From an uncultured Acidobacteriota bacterium (lineage in GTDB: Bacteria; Acidobacteriota; Blastocatellia; RBC074), in assembly GCA_963796275.1 (NCBI GenBank), contig CAWCKY010000002.1, positions 64,001-128,000 on the forward strand: DNA of 64,000 nt, given 5' to 3'. The position numbers and the translations under genes were made by a program. The notes under the pieces were generated by a model, which was given only the letters and a program-made list of their open reading frames with translations, ran no database searches and was not told the origin of the DNA. Within the stretch, counting starts at the first letter, position 1, and each line of letters begins with the position of its first letter. Positions 20,161 to 31,488 of this stretch are shown in pieces.

Positions 20161-23100
20161 ATGAAATACTCGGCAGACCAGCTTCGAGACTTCATCAACT
20201 CAAGCCCCATATTGGCATGGTCCTGTTCTTCAGACGGCTCCGCTGACTTCTTCAATCAGCGCTGGCTCGACTATACCGGACTCTCGGCCGAACAGGCGCG
20301 TGATTGGGGCTGGACGGCTGCCCTTCACTCGGACGATCTGAACGGACTTGTTGATTATTGGCGATCGTCTGGCTTCTGGCGAGCCAGGTGAGATTGAAGG
20401 ACGCCTACGCCGTTTCGACGGCGTGTATCGTTGGTTTCTTTTCCGTGCGATTCCGTCGTTCGACAACGATGGAAGGGCTGTCAAATGGTTCGGAACGGAC
20501 ACCGACATCGAAGACCGAAAGCGCGCGGAATGCCTGCTCGCCGGAGAGAATCTCGTTCTGGAAATGACTGCCAAGGGCAATTCGCTGGAAACCATTCTCG
20601 AAGCCCTATGCCGAGTTGTAGAACAGACCGCCAGTGGATGTTGCTGCAGCGTCCTTTTGTTCGATTCCAGTGGCTCGAAAATCCAGCAGGCAGTTGCGCC
20701 TAGTCTTCCATCCAGCTATAACGACCGGTTTCCAGGCATACCGGTGGATCGGGAGGGAGGACCCTGCACTGAGGCGGCGCGCCGCAAGACACAAGTGATC
20801 GTGTCGGACGTTGCTTCGGACACGCAATGGGACAAGTATGGATGGCGCACGGCCGCGTTGACGCACGGTCTAAAAAGCATGCTGGTCCACCACGATACTC
20901 GCCTCGAATGGCCTTGTATCTCGGGCGCCTTCGCGGTCTATTGGCGCGAGCCGCGCATCCCAACTGAGCAGGATGAGAAGATCATCGAGCAGATTACACA
21001 TCTCGCGGCGGTTGCGATTGAGCGCAAGCGCAACGAGGCGGCGCTCCAGCAAAGTGAGGAACGCTTTCGCCTGATCGTCGACAGCATTCCTGGGTTTGTG
21101 TGTACATTGAGTGCCGAGGGCGAGGTCGAACTTCTCAACCGCCAAGTCTTGGAATATTTCGGTAAGACGACTGAGGAATTGAAGAATTGGGCCACCAGCG
21201 ACGCTGTCCATCCGGATGACCTTCCTCGCGTGATCGACGCGTGGAGACGCTCGGTCGAAACCGGGCAGCCGTATGATCTTGAGCTCCGCCAGCGGCGTGC
21301 CGATGGCGTGTACCGCTGGTTCCAATCTCGCGCGCTCCCCACGCGAGACACGGAAGGTCGCATCACCGGCTGGTACATGCTGTTAACTGACATTGACGAC
21401 CGAAAGCGCGCTGAGGATGCCCTCCGGTCGAATGAGCAGAACCTCCGCCTGATCGTCGACAGCATTCCTGGGTTTGTGTCTACCGCGAATGCGGCAGGCG
21501 AGGTCGAACTTGTCAACCGCCAAGTCCTGGAATATTTCGGCAAGACGACTGAGGAAATGAAGAATTGGGCCACCAGCGACGCTGTCCATCCGGATGACCT
21601 TCCTCAAATGATCGACGCCTATAGGCGCGCGATCGAAACTGGGCAGCCGCTTGATGTTGAGAATCGTAGCCGTCGTGCCGATGGCGTGTACCACTGGTTT
21701 CAAATACGAGCTCGTCCGCAGCGTGACGCCGAAGGTCGCATTGTCCGTTGGTATAACCTGGCGACGGACATCGACGAGCGCAAGCGTGCTGAGGTGGCGC
21801 TACGAAGGCTTTCGACGAAATTGCCAAATCCGAAGCTGAACTTCGAACCATAATCGATGCAATACCTCAGCTCATCGTCGCTATCGGGGCCGACGGAAAA
21901 TTTCTAAACGCGAATCAAGCAGTCCTGGAGTACACCGGCCTGACGAAAGAAGAAGTAAGTTCCCAAAGCTTTGGCGACGTCTTTCATCCGGAGGATACCG
22001 AGAGATTGCGCGACGAACGCGAGGCGGCGATCTCGCGAGGGGTCCCATTCGAGTACGAACGACGAGTGCGCCACAGGGATGGTCAGTATCGTTGGTTCCT
22101 AATCCAATACAACCCGCTGCTGGACGAACACGGAAATGTCATCCGCTGGTATGCGACCGGTACCGACATCGACGATCGCAAACAGGCGGAGGAAAGAACG
22201 CGGCAAGAGAACGTCGCGTTGCGAGAGCAAATCGATCAGGCCTTCATGTTCGAAGAGATCGTGGGCTCCTCTCCCGCCTTGAAAACTGTCCTTTCCAGCA
22301 TCGTGAAAGTTGCTCCCACCGACTCTACTGTTCTGATTACGGGCGAAACAGGCACAGGGAAGGAACTAATTGCGCGCGCCATACAAAGGGTTCGCAGCGT
22401 GCCGGCCACGCCTTTTATTAGCGTGAATTGCGCCGCGATTCCTCCTTCGCTCATCGCCTCAGAATTGTTTGGCCACGAGAAGGGGGCATTTACCGGTGCC
22501 ATGCAGCGCCGTCAAGGCCGTTTTGAGTTGGCGGACTCTCGGCACAATTTTTCTCGATGAAATCGGCGAGCTTCCCGCGGAAACTCAGATTGCATTGCTT
22601 CGAGTGATCCAGGAGCGCCAGTTTGAACGAGTGGGAGGTAGCCACGTTATTCCCACTGATGTTCGAATAATCGCCGCCACCAACCGCGATCTGCCGGCAG
22701 CCATTGCTGCAGGAACATTTCGCGCCGACCTCTTCTACCGGCTGAATGTTTTCCCGATTGATGTGCCGCCTCTCCGGCAACGGAAAGAAGACATTCCGAT
22801 GCTGGTCGAGTACTTCGTGAAGCGCTATGCGGACAAAGCCCGGAAGCAAATCAGCAAGATCGACAAAAATACGCTCAGGCTATGTCAGTCCTATCGATTG
22901 GCCCGGCAATATTCGTGAGCTACAAAATATTATCGAGCGATCTGTAATCCTCTGCACCGGGGATACCTTTGTGGATCGATGAGGCCTGGCTTTCAAGTCA
23001 GAACGCACTTCGCTTGGAATCATCAGAGTCCTCTCAAACAGAACCTCCAGAACTATGAGAAGGAACTCATCGAAGCGGCTCTTGCGGAAAGCAACGGAAA

Positions 23101-23215
23101 AGTTGCTGGGCCAAGTGGCGCGGCTGCCAAACTCGGAATTCCGCGGTCGACGCTGGATTTGAAAATCAAACAACTCAACATTAAAGAAACACCATCCGGT
23201 AAGTACCCTCGTTAA
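20161..23215 (+). pseudogene. Large PAS-GAF-PAS-PAS-PAS sigma54 activator, multiply frameshifted
   Basis: PAS and GAF segments in ORFs 20062, 20348 and 22006; [38 protein letters not shown] across several frames. Confidence 0.88.
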
Positions 23216-23295
23216 ACTCCCAGAATTCTGGCACTTCCTAAGATTCTGTCACTCCAATTTCTTTTTCAAGCTCCTGTTTTCAATGAGATTCCACT

Positions 23296-23311
23296 AGGTT
23301 ACTCATTTGCA
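23296..23311 (+). promoter_or_regulatory. Possible sigma54 promoter
   Basis: AGGTTACTCATTTGCA keeps GG-N10-GC spacing and TTGCA; same relative position as 14255. Confidence 0.45.
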
Positions 23312-23344
23312 CCACACTGATCGGTACTTGGCTAATCGATCGTC

Positions 23345-23602
23345 TATTCGGATCGACGACCGCGGTGCGAGGATAGCTTCACGGTTTACGTCTTCAGGGC
23401 CGGATCGAAGCTGGCGCATCGCCGAGATGACGGAGACGCGGTTGAACACGAACGACTGGAGCCGAACCGTTCTGAATTGAAGGACGTGAGGGATAATAGA
23501 GCGCTAAAGGACAAGCGTTTTTTCGCCATTCGAAGCTGGCGGCGTGACGCCTGAGCAACATCGGCGGAGCACTCCCTATCCGCCTGTGAATGGATGGAAA
23601 GG
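23345..23602 (+). pseudogene. Degraded paralog of the STAS-like protein
   Basis: Across frames: FTVYVF / GRIEA / IAEM / RTVL / LKDV / EAGGV / PY / EWMER. Confidence 0.5.
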
Positions 23603-23846
23603 CCGAAAAGGACAAAGACTGAAGAGGCTACTGCTACGAATCCGTCCAAGCGCAATCCAAGCCCTTGCAAAGGCGGCGAGGGCTGTTGCTCGACCCGCTG
23701 CGCGTTTCTGTTCTCCGACGCTCGGCGCATACATCAATCCGGACCCCAGTCATGGATCCTCGTTTCAGTAGGCTGGCACCAACTTCACTAGTCATGAGTC
23801 CGCGTTCCGAGACCGCAGGAATCGACATTCCACGAGGGATCCACAA

Positions 23847-24291
23847 ATGGGACGCACAAATGGAAAAACTGATCGCCGTGATCGGCGCAACCGGGCAGCA
23901 GGGCGGCGGAGTCGTGACATGCCCAAGAGCCGGCGGACAATTCAAGGTGCGCGCACTGACCCGCAATCCAGACAAGCATCGCGAACTCGCCGAGGAAGTC
24001 ATCGAAGCAGATTTGAACCGCCCCGAAACCCTCGCCGCTGCTTTCAAAGGGGCACATGGCGTATTTCTCGTCACCACTTCTTCGTTAGAAGGAACCGACG
24101 AGCGCAAGCAGGGAACCGCCGCGGTTAAGGCTGCCAGTGATGCCGGCGTCAAACACGTAGTCTGGTCCACGCTGCCTGACGTCGAAGCGATCAGCGGCAG
24201 CAAGTCCGACGTTCCCGCACTTTACGAACAAGGCCAAGGTCGATCCGATAGTCAAGGACGCGGGGTTTGCGAATCATACGTTGAACGATAG
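23847..24291 (+). pseudogene. NmrA-family protein, truncated
   Basis: VIGATGQQGG, VRALTRNP, GVKHVVWSTLP. Confidence 0.8.
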
Positions 24292-24302
24292 AGAGGATAC
24301 AA

Positions 24303-25346
24303 ATGAAAAAGACATATAAAGCAGTGGAAGTCTCCGAACCAGGCGTGCTTCGAGTAGTGGAACGCCCAAGTCTCGAGCCCGGAGCGGGTCAGGTCCGGAT
24401 TCGGGTGGAAGCATGCGGAATATGTCACACCGATGCGGCGACTGTGACGGGAATCTACCCGGTTCTGACACTGCCACGCGTTCCCGGATATAAGCCGTGG
24501 GTCGCATTGATGCCCTGGGCAGCGGAGTGTCCAGATGGAAAATCGGTCAACGTGTCGGGGTCGGCTTCTTCGGCGGCGAAGACGGTGTGTGCGAACCGTG
24601 CCGGCGCGGAGACATCGTAAATTGTCAGAACCCCGTGATACCTGGAGTAACAGTAGACGGAGGATATGCCGAAGTGATGATCGCGAATCGCGTGGCATTG
24701 CTTCCATTCCCGACGAACTCACCTCCGCGGATGCCGCGCCTCTTCTCTGCGCGGGGATCACGACCTACAACGCTCTTCGCAACGCCGGCTTGCGCGGCGG
24801 TAATCTGGTCGCCGTGCAGGGAATTGGGGCCTTGGGCATCTCGGTGTCCAGTTTGCCCGGCACATGGGATTCCGTACTGTCGCAATCGGACGCGGAGGCG
24901 AGAAGGAAAAGCTCGCAAAAGATTTGGGCGCGCACGTATACATCGATACTGCCGTTGAGGATGCCGCGGCCGCCTTGCAGCGCTTAGGCGGAGCCGAGCC
25001 GTTCTCGCAACAGCCCCAAGTGGTGACGCCATGGGGCCGCTGGTGTCCGGCCTCGGCAGCCCGCGGAAAGCTTATCGTCGTCGGTGTGCCGCGGAGCCGA
25101 TCCAATTGAGTGCGTTCCCGCTGGTTTTTGGCGGGCGCTCAATTTACGGCGCACTGGCCGGCACGGCGATCGAAACCGAGGACGCCCTTGCCTTCAGCGT
25201 TCTGGAGAACATCCGCCCGATGATCGAGACAGTTCCTCTCGAACGCGCGGCCGAGGGCTTACGCTCGCATGATGCAAGGCAAAGCACGGTTCCGCATGGT
25301 GCTAGTGACGAAGGACGGGGCTGCTCAAGGCGCACCGGTCAACTGA
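24303..25346 (+). pseudogene. Zinc-dependent alcohol dehydrogenase paralog, several frameshifts
   Basis: ACGICHTD, C.PC...D..NC, CAGITTYNAL, GKARFRMVL. Confidence 0.88.
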
Positions 25347-25387
25347 GGCAACTGGAAGCCGTGCTGCAAAGAATTCTTCCGAAGGAG

Positions 25388-25606
25388 ATGAGTATGTCAA
25401 CGAAAATAAAGAGAAACCGAAGTACAGAGTTCCAAGCAACCTCGACCCGGGCGGAGACGGAAGAGGATGCGGTAGGAAACTCGGCGCGTGACGAGGAAAT
25501 CAGACGTCGCGCGTACGAAATCTATCTCTAATGAGGCGAACAATCGGACAATGAAGTGGACGATCGGCTCCAAGCCGAACGTGAACTCGAACAAGGGGTG
25601 CTTTAG
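25388..25606 (+). pseudogene. DUF2934-like protein with in-frame stops
   Basis: EEIRRRAYEIYL-TAA-TGA-GEQSDNEVDDRLQAERELE. Confidence 0.75.
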
Positions 25607-25873
25607 CGAGCGCAGGCGGCCAGGAAGAAATCCGCGACATCCGTGGATAAAGGGGTAGTGTCACTATACTCTTAGCGTTACAAAAATGTCGGATAAGCGT
25701 CTTGGCTAAACAATCCTCAAATGCCGCTGCATTGCCCGGTTCCCAACCCGACAGGACCTTGCGTCTCGCATTGTGAACGATCTAGTAGATTTCACGAACG
25801 CCCAAGTATTCAATGTTTCGTTTGCCTGGCGTATTGTCTTCTCCAGATCGCAGTAATTGGAAAGGAGAACTTT

Positions 25874-26611
25874 ATGTCAGGAATCGAAGGCAAGGTCGTC
25901 GCAATCACAGGCGCAAGCAGCGGAATAGGCGAGGCGACTGCGCTCCTGCTCGCTGAGCGCGGTGCGAAGGTCGTACTTGGGGCGCGCGGATCGGATCGCC
26001 TTGAGGCTCTCGCTGACCGCATCGCGGCATCGGGCGGCGAGGCGGCCTACGCACGCACAGACGTCAAACGGCGCGAGGACTTATCCAACCTCGTCGGGTT
26101 GGCAATTGAGCGGTACGGCAAGCTCGACGTTCTCGTCAACAACGCCGGCGTTGCGCCAATTTCTCTTCTCGACGAGCTCCGTGTCGAGGATTGGGAGGAG
26201 ATGATCGACGTCAATCTCAAAGGTGTTCTGTATGGCATCGCCGCCGCCCTGCCGGTTTTCCGCAAGCAGGGTTTTGGACATTTCGTCAACGTCATTTCCA
26301 CAGCCGGAATTCAAATCATCACCGACCATGGCGGTCTATGCCGGCACGAAGAACGCCGTGCGCACCATCACCGAGGGTTTGCGCCAGGAAGCCGGCGATA
26401 AGCTGCGCGTGACAAGCATTTCGCCTGGATTCGTCAGCACGAACCTCGCGGATTCCATGACAAATCCGGAGGTCAAATCCAGATTATGGACCAGATGGAT
26501 AAGATGGCGATCCCGCCGGCGGCGATTGCCCGCGCCATCGCGTTCGCGATCGAGCAGCCGGCTGATGTTGATGTGAACGAGATAGTTATCCGTCCCACTG
26601 CGCAAGTCTAA
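25874..26611 (+). pseudogene. SDR (YdfG-like), frameshifted
   Basis: TGASSGIG, NNAG, YAGTK, VNEIVIRPT. Shifts near 26320 and 26480. Confidence 0.88.
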
Positions 26612-26697
26612 TCCGCCTCTCTGAAGCGGTGTGCGGAAGATCGGATTTTTATTAACGTCATCGGACCTTCAGTACTAATGCGAAGGGCGTCCTGTTC

Positions 26698-26880
26698 TCA
26701 ATTCAGCCGGCTTTGCCTCTGCTGCCGAGTGGCGAAACGATCGTCATCATTGGATCGACGGCTTCCAAAATCCGCCGCCTGGACTGAGAATGTTGAACGT
26801 ACGCCCGACCTCTTGATGTCTTGAATCCAGCTTCGGACCATGCAGCGGACGGCAGCCTTCGCGCCGCCATAAAGACTCAT
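26698..26880 (-). pseudogene. SDR internal remnant
   Basis: SLYGGAKAAVRCMVRSWIQDIK (YxxxK region). Confidence 0.6.
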
Positions 26881-27845
26881 TCCAGGCGGCGGCCTGACGC
26901 TTGATCCTGGCGCGTGGTTGACCGATCCATGCTCGCAAAGATGTTTCGGTATCGCTTGGGCGACATCCCCGTCGCTCGCTTGAATGCGTTGCTGAACGAG
27001 CTTTCCGTAGTGTAGCCCAGGGAAAGACCCAACTCTGTAACCGACATGGAGCCTTCACGCAGCCCCTGTTCTGCAAACTGCATTCGCAAGTTCAGTAGAT
27101 ACGTAAGTGGTGCGACACCGACGATGGACTTGAAGCGCAAAGCGAAGCTTGTTCGTGACATAGCAACTTCCTTTGCGAGTTCCCCCACCCGCCACGCCCG
27201 CTCTGGTTCCCGGTGTATGAGGCGCAGAGCAGGCGCAATACGCTCGTCGCTGAGGGCTCTGATCCATCCGGTTGTATCAGGTCCGGAGGCCTCAAGACAG
27301 GAGCGGATGATCTGAACACACAATAGCTGCGCAAGCTGTTTTGACGCCAACATAGCGCCTGGCCGATCAACGGCAACTTCTTTCACGAGCTGGTCAAGGA
27401 GCCAACGCATGGCCGATGCTTCGGACGAGCTGCTGCCAATGTGAAGCAAGGGTGGCAACACCTCCGTGAGCAGTCCGCCGCGCTCGGGATCCAAAGCGAT
27501 GTGTGCTCCCACGGCAAAGAAGTCATCGCCATCGCCGACCTTCGCTATCTTATCGGTCGTATCACCGAATATATTGAGGCCGTCGGTCTGGGGGGCGTTC
27601 AAGTCACCAGCGAGCACGAAAGCCCGTTCAGCCGGCAACACGAACACATCGCCTGTCTTGATGTGAAGAGAGTCAACCTCGTCTTTGACGGTGAGCCAGC
27701 AATTGCCCTTCACGACCGCGACAAATTTGATCTTGTTGGGAGGAGGGAATCGCAGCGCCCAAGAACCTCCAGCTACCAAGATGCCCGCTTCCACGCACCG
27801 GGCGCTCGTCAAAGTCAGAATGTCTGTGAGAGGATCCCCTTTCAT
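26877..27845 (-). CDS. AraC-family regulator with cupin_6 sensor (RclR-like architecture)
   Basis: DPLTDIL, GWIRALSDERI, W.V.ELA...MSRTSFA, GYTTESSFSNAFKR. Confidence 0.9.
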   Translation of the reverse strand: MKGDPLTDILTLTSARCVEAGILVAGGSWALRFPPPNKIKFVAVVKGNCWLTVKDEVDSLHIKTGDVFVLPAERAFVLAGDLNAPQTDGLNIFGDTTDKIAKVGDGDDFFAVGAHIALDPERGGLLTEVLPPLLHIGSSSSEASAMRWLLDQLVKEVAVDRPGAMLASKQLAQLLCVQIIRSCLEASGPDTTGWIRALSDERIAPALRLIHREPERAWRVGELAKEVAMSRTSFALRFKSIVGVAPLTYLLNLRMQFAEQGLREGSMSVTELGLSLGYTTESSFSNAFKRATGMSPKRYRNIFASMDRSTTRQDQASGRRLE

Positions 27846-28177
27846 TCCTGAATGGTGGCGCAGATATTCGGTATTTTGCAATCCTTAATCATTCCGCTGC
27901 TCAAGTAAATATGTTCTGCCGCCAATCTATTTAAGGGCGCGCAGCAGCAGACATGAACGCCTGCCAGACATCACCTCGCGGACGATAGTTGAATCAAGCT
28001 TGTGAGTTGATGTAGCCAGGTCAAAACAGCCTCTCTAAAGCCCATGAATAAAGGCAACTCACAATCCATACAGAATTATTTGGCTTCAGAGTAAGCCATT
28101 TCGCAAATGTCAACGGAACCCTTGGCGTATGATTTTTCAAAGTCGCGTCCGGTCAGCGCCGAGCTTTCGCTAACCAC

Positions 28178-28218
28178 TTGACAACTACCTCGATGTCAAG
28201 TATCTTGATGTCGAGATA
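28178..28218 (+). promoter_or_regulatory. Sigma70 promoter overlapped by tandem MarR-type operators
   Basis: TTGACA-17 bp-TATCTT; imperfect palindromes TACCTCGATGTCAAGTA and TATCTTGATGTCGAGATA. Confidence 0.75.
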
Positions 28219-28237
28219 GATTAGGAGCGTTCATAAA

Positions 28238-28939
28238 ATGGAATCATTGACTGGGGGAAGTGGCGTTCACGTTTTTCTGGTGCTGTGGAAGGCGGCAAGC
28301 GCGGTTCAGGCCTACGCCGAAAAGAGCATCTCGGAGTTGGAGATGTGCGGCAGCGACTTCGCCGTGCTCGAAGCCCTCCTTCACAAAGGGCCGCTTCCCG
28401 TTAACGAGATCGGAAAAAAAGTTCAGCTGACAAGCGGCTCGATCACGGTCGCTGTTGACCGCTTAGAGACGAAGGGGCTGGTGGAGCGGCGCGCGCACGG
28501 CGCCGACCGGCGGGCGAGGATAGTTCATTTGACGAAGGAAGGCAGGAAGCTGATCACACGCGCCTACGCCGATCACGCAGCCGACCTGGAACGCCTCGCG
28601 TCCGCCTCCCTGACCAGGGCGGAGCGCGAGACGCTCATCCGCCTGTTGAAGAAGATCGGCTATGCGGCGGCAGCTGCGTCAGAACAAAGTGAAGAGATAG
28701 TACGGCGTGAGTCGTTAATGTCGTTTATTGGGCGCGCTAAATCAGTGAAGAGAGGAGATGTTATGTCGATAGTGAGTGAAGTATTGAGAAATGAGGAGAC
28801 TCGCGCGGGCGGAAGTCGCACGGTCGCCGGAATTGTGAACAGCGTCGAGACTTTAGAAGGCGGGGGCTTTCTTGTCCGGCGTCCGTTCCCTAAAGCGTCG
28901 TTTCAGAGTTTGATTTGTTCCTGCTACTTGATGAGATAA
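28238..28939 (+). CDS. MarR-family regulator reading through into a pirin remnant
   Basis: SGSITVAVDRLE.KGLVER...DRR...V.LT..G; tail from 28763 contains EGGGFLVRRPFP. Confidence 0.85.
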   Translation: MESLTGGSGVHVFLVLWKAASAVQAYAEKSISELEMCGSDFAVLEALLHKGPLPVNEIGKKVQLTSGSITVAVDRLETKGLVERRAHGADRRARIVHLTKEGRKLITRAYADHAADLERLASASLTRAERETLIRLLKKIGYAAAAASEQSEEIVRRESLMSFIGRAKSVKRGDVMSIVSEVLRNEETRAGGSRTVAGIVNSVETLEGGGFLVRRPFPKASFQSLICSCYLMR

Positions 28940-29139
28940 GGACGATAGAACTTGCGCTTGGCGATGGCGGTTACAGAGTCATCGTAAGTGATAAAGGGTG
29001 GGAGATTGTTCGCACCGGCACATGAAGGATTGATGACATTTCGCCAAATGAGTGATTTCATGAAGTGGCAGTTGTGCAATGTGAATGTGCATTTTCGCTT
29101 TAACCATTTATCAGTGTACTTGGAGTTGGAGGTTTAAAA

Positions 29140-29586
29140 ATGAGTGAACAGCATACTACGTCAACCGAGGCCGCGAAAGCGGTCGTCCGCCGGAATACTG
29201 AAGAAGTGCAGAGCGGTGGGAATTTCGGCGTCTTCGAGGAACTCTTCGCTGACGACTTCGTCGACCATACCCCCCAGCCAAACACCACTCCTGATAAAGA
29301 TGGTGTCCGGCGCCTTTATAATACCCTTCGCGCCGCATTCCCCGATTTTCGTGCAGAAATCCATTGGCAGGCCGCCGACGGGGAACTCGTGACGACTTAC
29401 AAAACCTATCACGGAACTCACCAAGGAATATTCCTGGGTGTGACGCCGACCGGTCAAAGAATCCATTTTGAAACCATTGATGTCATGCGAGTGCACGATG
29501 GCAAGATCACCGAGCATTGGGGGGTCGCGAATCTTTTCTCCCTGATGCAGCAACTAGGCGCCTTGCCCACCGCGACACAAACGTAA
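29140..29586 (+). CDS. SnoaL-like ester cyclase
   Basis: AAFPD, GTHQG.F.G..PTG, DGKITEHW. Confidence 0.9.
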   Translation: MSEQHTTSTEAAKAVVRRNTEEVQSGGNFGVFEELFADDFVDHTPQPNTTPDKDGVRRLYNTLRAAFPDFRAEIHWQAADGELVTTYKTYHGTHQGIFLGVTPTGQRIHFETIDVMRVHDGKITEHWGVANLFSLMQQLGALPTATQT

Positions 29587-29697
29587 ATCGCTCACCGCAT
29601 ATCACGGACGAAGGGGCAACGATGCGACGGATAGGTTGTTTATCCGGACTAAGGGAAAGCTGGAGTAGTCATAGGGGAAACCGGATAGGAGGAATTT

Positions 29698-30255
29698 ATG
29701 CTGAGAATTGCCATCATCATCGGAAGCACGCGGCCCGGTCGCAAAGGCGAAACCGTGGCCAAATGGGTTTACGAAATCGCGCAAAAGCGTAGCGACGCCG
29801 AGTTTGAAGTTGTCGACATCAAAGACTACAACCTGCCACTCCTTGATGAGCCGATGTCGCCGACGTTGGGCCAGTACACCCACGAGCACACCAAGACATG
29901 GTCGGCGAAGATCGCGTCCTTCGACGCCTACGTCTTCGTGACGCCCGAATACAATCACGGGACATCGGGCGCGCTCAAAAATGCCATCGATTTCCTCTAC
30001 AACGAGTGGGTCAACAAGGCGGCTGGATTCGTTGGCTACGGCGGCGCATCAGGGACACGCGCGGTGGAGAATCTGCGATTGGTGATGGGGGAACTGCAGG
30101 TCGCCGATGTAAAAGCGCAGGTCGGTCTTTCCCTCTTCACCGATTTCGAGGACTTCAGCGTCTTCAAGCCGGATCCCCAGCGAGAGAAGTCGGTTGACGC
30201 AATGCTCGACCAGGTCATCGCCTGGGGCGGCGCGTTGAAAACGCTGCGGAAGTAA
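29698..30255 (+). CDS. NADPH-dependent FMN reductase
   Basis: GSTRPGR, VTPEYN, LKNAIDFL..EW..K. Confidence 0.92.
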   Translation: MLRIAIIIGSTRPGRKGETVAKWVYEIAQKRSDAEFEVVDIKDYNLPLLDEPMSPTLGQYTHEHTKTWSAKIASFDAYVFVTPEYNHGTSGALKNAIDFLYNEWVNKAAGFVGYGGASGTRAVENLRLVMGELQVADVKAQVGLSLFTDFEDFSVFKPDPQREKSVDAMLDQVIAWGGALKTLRK

Positions 30256-30580
30256 GCACGATCTGGATTCATGGTAGTTACGGACAAGGACGCGAACGAA
30301 TCGCGCGAGTTGTTGTCTTTTGATTCGCAAGGGTGTAAGCGACTGTGAAATCTACACCGCTTGCGAAGAGTCGTTTGGCCATCAGCTGTAACGCGCGATA
30401 CCGCGATTCATTGAGATTATCGATCATCTGTTGTGTCGTGAATCGCGAATCAGGGCGCGCAGCGGTCGGGGATCCGCCAAAGCCGTTGGGTTGCCTGACT
30501 CCAGACGTTGTCGGCGCGCATGCTGACATGCGCTACCGAGACGCTCGTATCTCCTGCCTAGCCCATCACAAATTTCGAGA

Positions 30581-30610
30581 TTGACTTAGCACGACCGGTC
30601 GTGCTATTTT
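30581..30610 (+). promoter_or_regulatory. TetR autoregulatory operator/promoter
   Basis: Perfect 20-bp palindrome TAGCACGACCGGTCGTGCTA (30587-30606) directly after TTGACT. Confidence 0.8.
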
Positions 30611-30616
30611 CAAATT

Positions 30617-31246
30617 ATGAGAAAGGTAGCAGAGTCGACGCGTGAGCGAATCCTGCATCATGGACTCGTGCTAATGAGTCAATCGGGGTTGACGGGGGTC
30701 ACTCTCGGAGTGCTGGCGGATCAGGTCGGAATGTCGAAGAGCGGGCTGTTCGCACACTTCCGCTCTAAGGAAGATGTTCAAATCGAGTTGCTTCAACACA
30801 TGACGCAATTCGCCCAGGCCCATGTCGTCCAACCGGCCATGAGTGTTGATGAAGGGCTTCCCCGCTTAAATGCATTGGTGCATAACTGGTTTGGCTGGGC
30901 GCAAAGAGCAGGGCTTCCCGGAGGATGCCCTGTGGCTGCCGGACTGTTTGAGTTCGATGATGTGGAAGGCGCGGTCAGGGATCGGATTCTCGCCATGGAA
31001 AGTGAATGGCGCGACTTACTGAAGCAACTCATCCACCAAGCCGTCGATCAAGGGCATTTGCGTCAAGATCTCGATATCGATCAATTTATTTGGGAGCTTT
31101 GCGGGATATATTTGAGTCATCACGCAGCACATAGATTTCTTCGGGCGGCTGATGCCGACACTCGAGCTCAAACCGCGTTTCAAGCGCTTCTCGATCGTGC
31201 CCTGCCAAGACCTCGTAAGCGCAGAGTCGTCAAGCGTACAAAGTAA
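30617..31246 (+). CDS. TetR/AcrR-family regulator
   Basis: LADQVGMSKSGLFAHFRSKE HTH; GGCP motif. Confidence 0.92.
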   Translation: MRKVAESTRERILHHGLVLMSQSGLTGVTLGVLADQVGMSKSGLFAHFRSKEDVQIELLQHMTQFAQAHVVQPAMSVDEGLPRLNALVHNWFGWAQRAGLPGGCPVAAGLFEFDDVEGAVRDRILAMESEWRDLLKQLIHQAVDQGHLRQDLDIDQFIWELCGIYLSHHAAHRFLRAADADTRAQTAFQALLDRALPRPRKRRVVKRTK

Positions 31247-31488
31247 GACCGAATAGTCAAAGATAGACCAGTATGGCGTTCCGCGGGACGCGGCGTAGTA
31301 GTGTGCCTCGTTTGGATGACGCCAGAGACGATCATTTCCGATCAGGAGCTAAGAAGATAGGAGACGGTTAAGAATAAAAGGAGACCGGGCACTAACTGGT
31401 ACAAACTAGGGATGAGTGCAGGTTTTGCTGCGTTATTTGTAAGTGAAACATTGTGTCATCTCTATCATAAACGGAATGGACTTAAACC

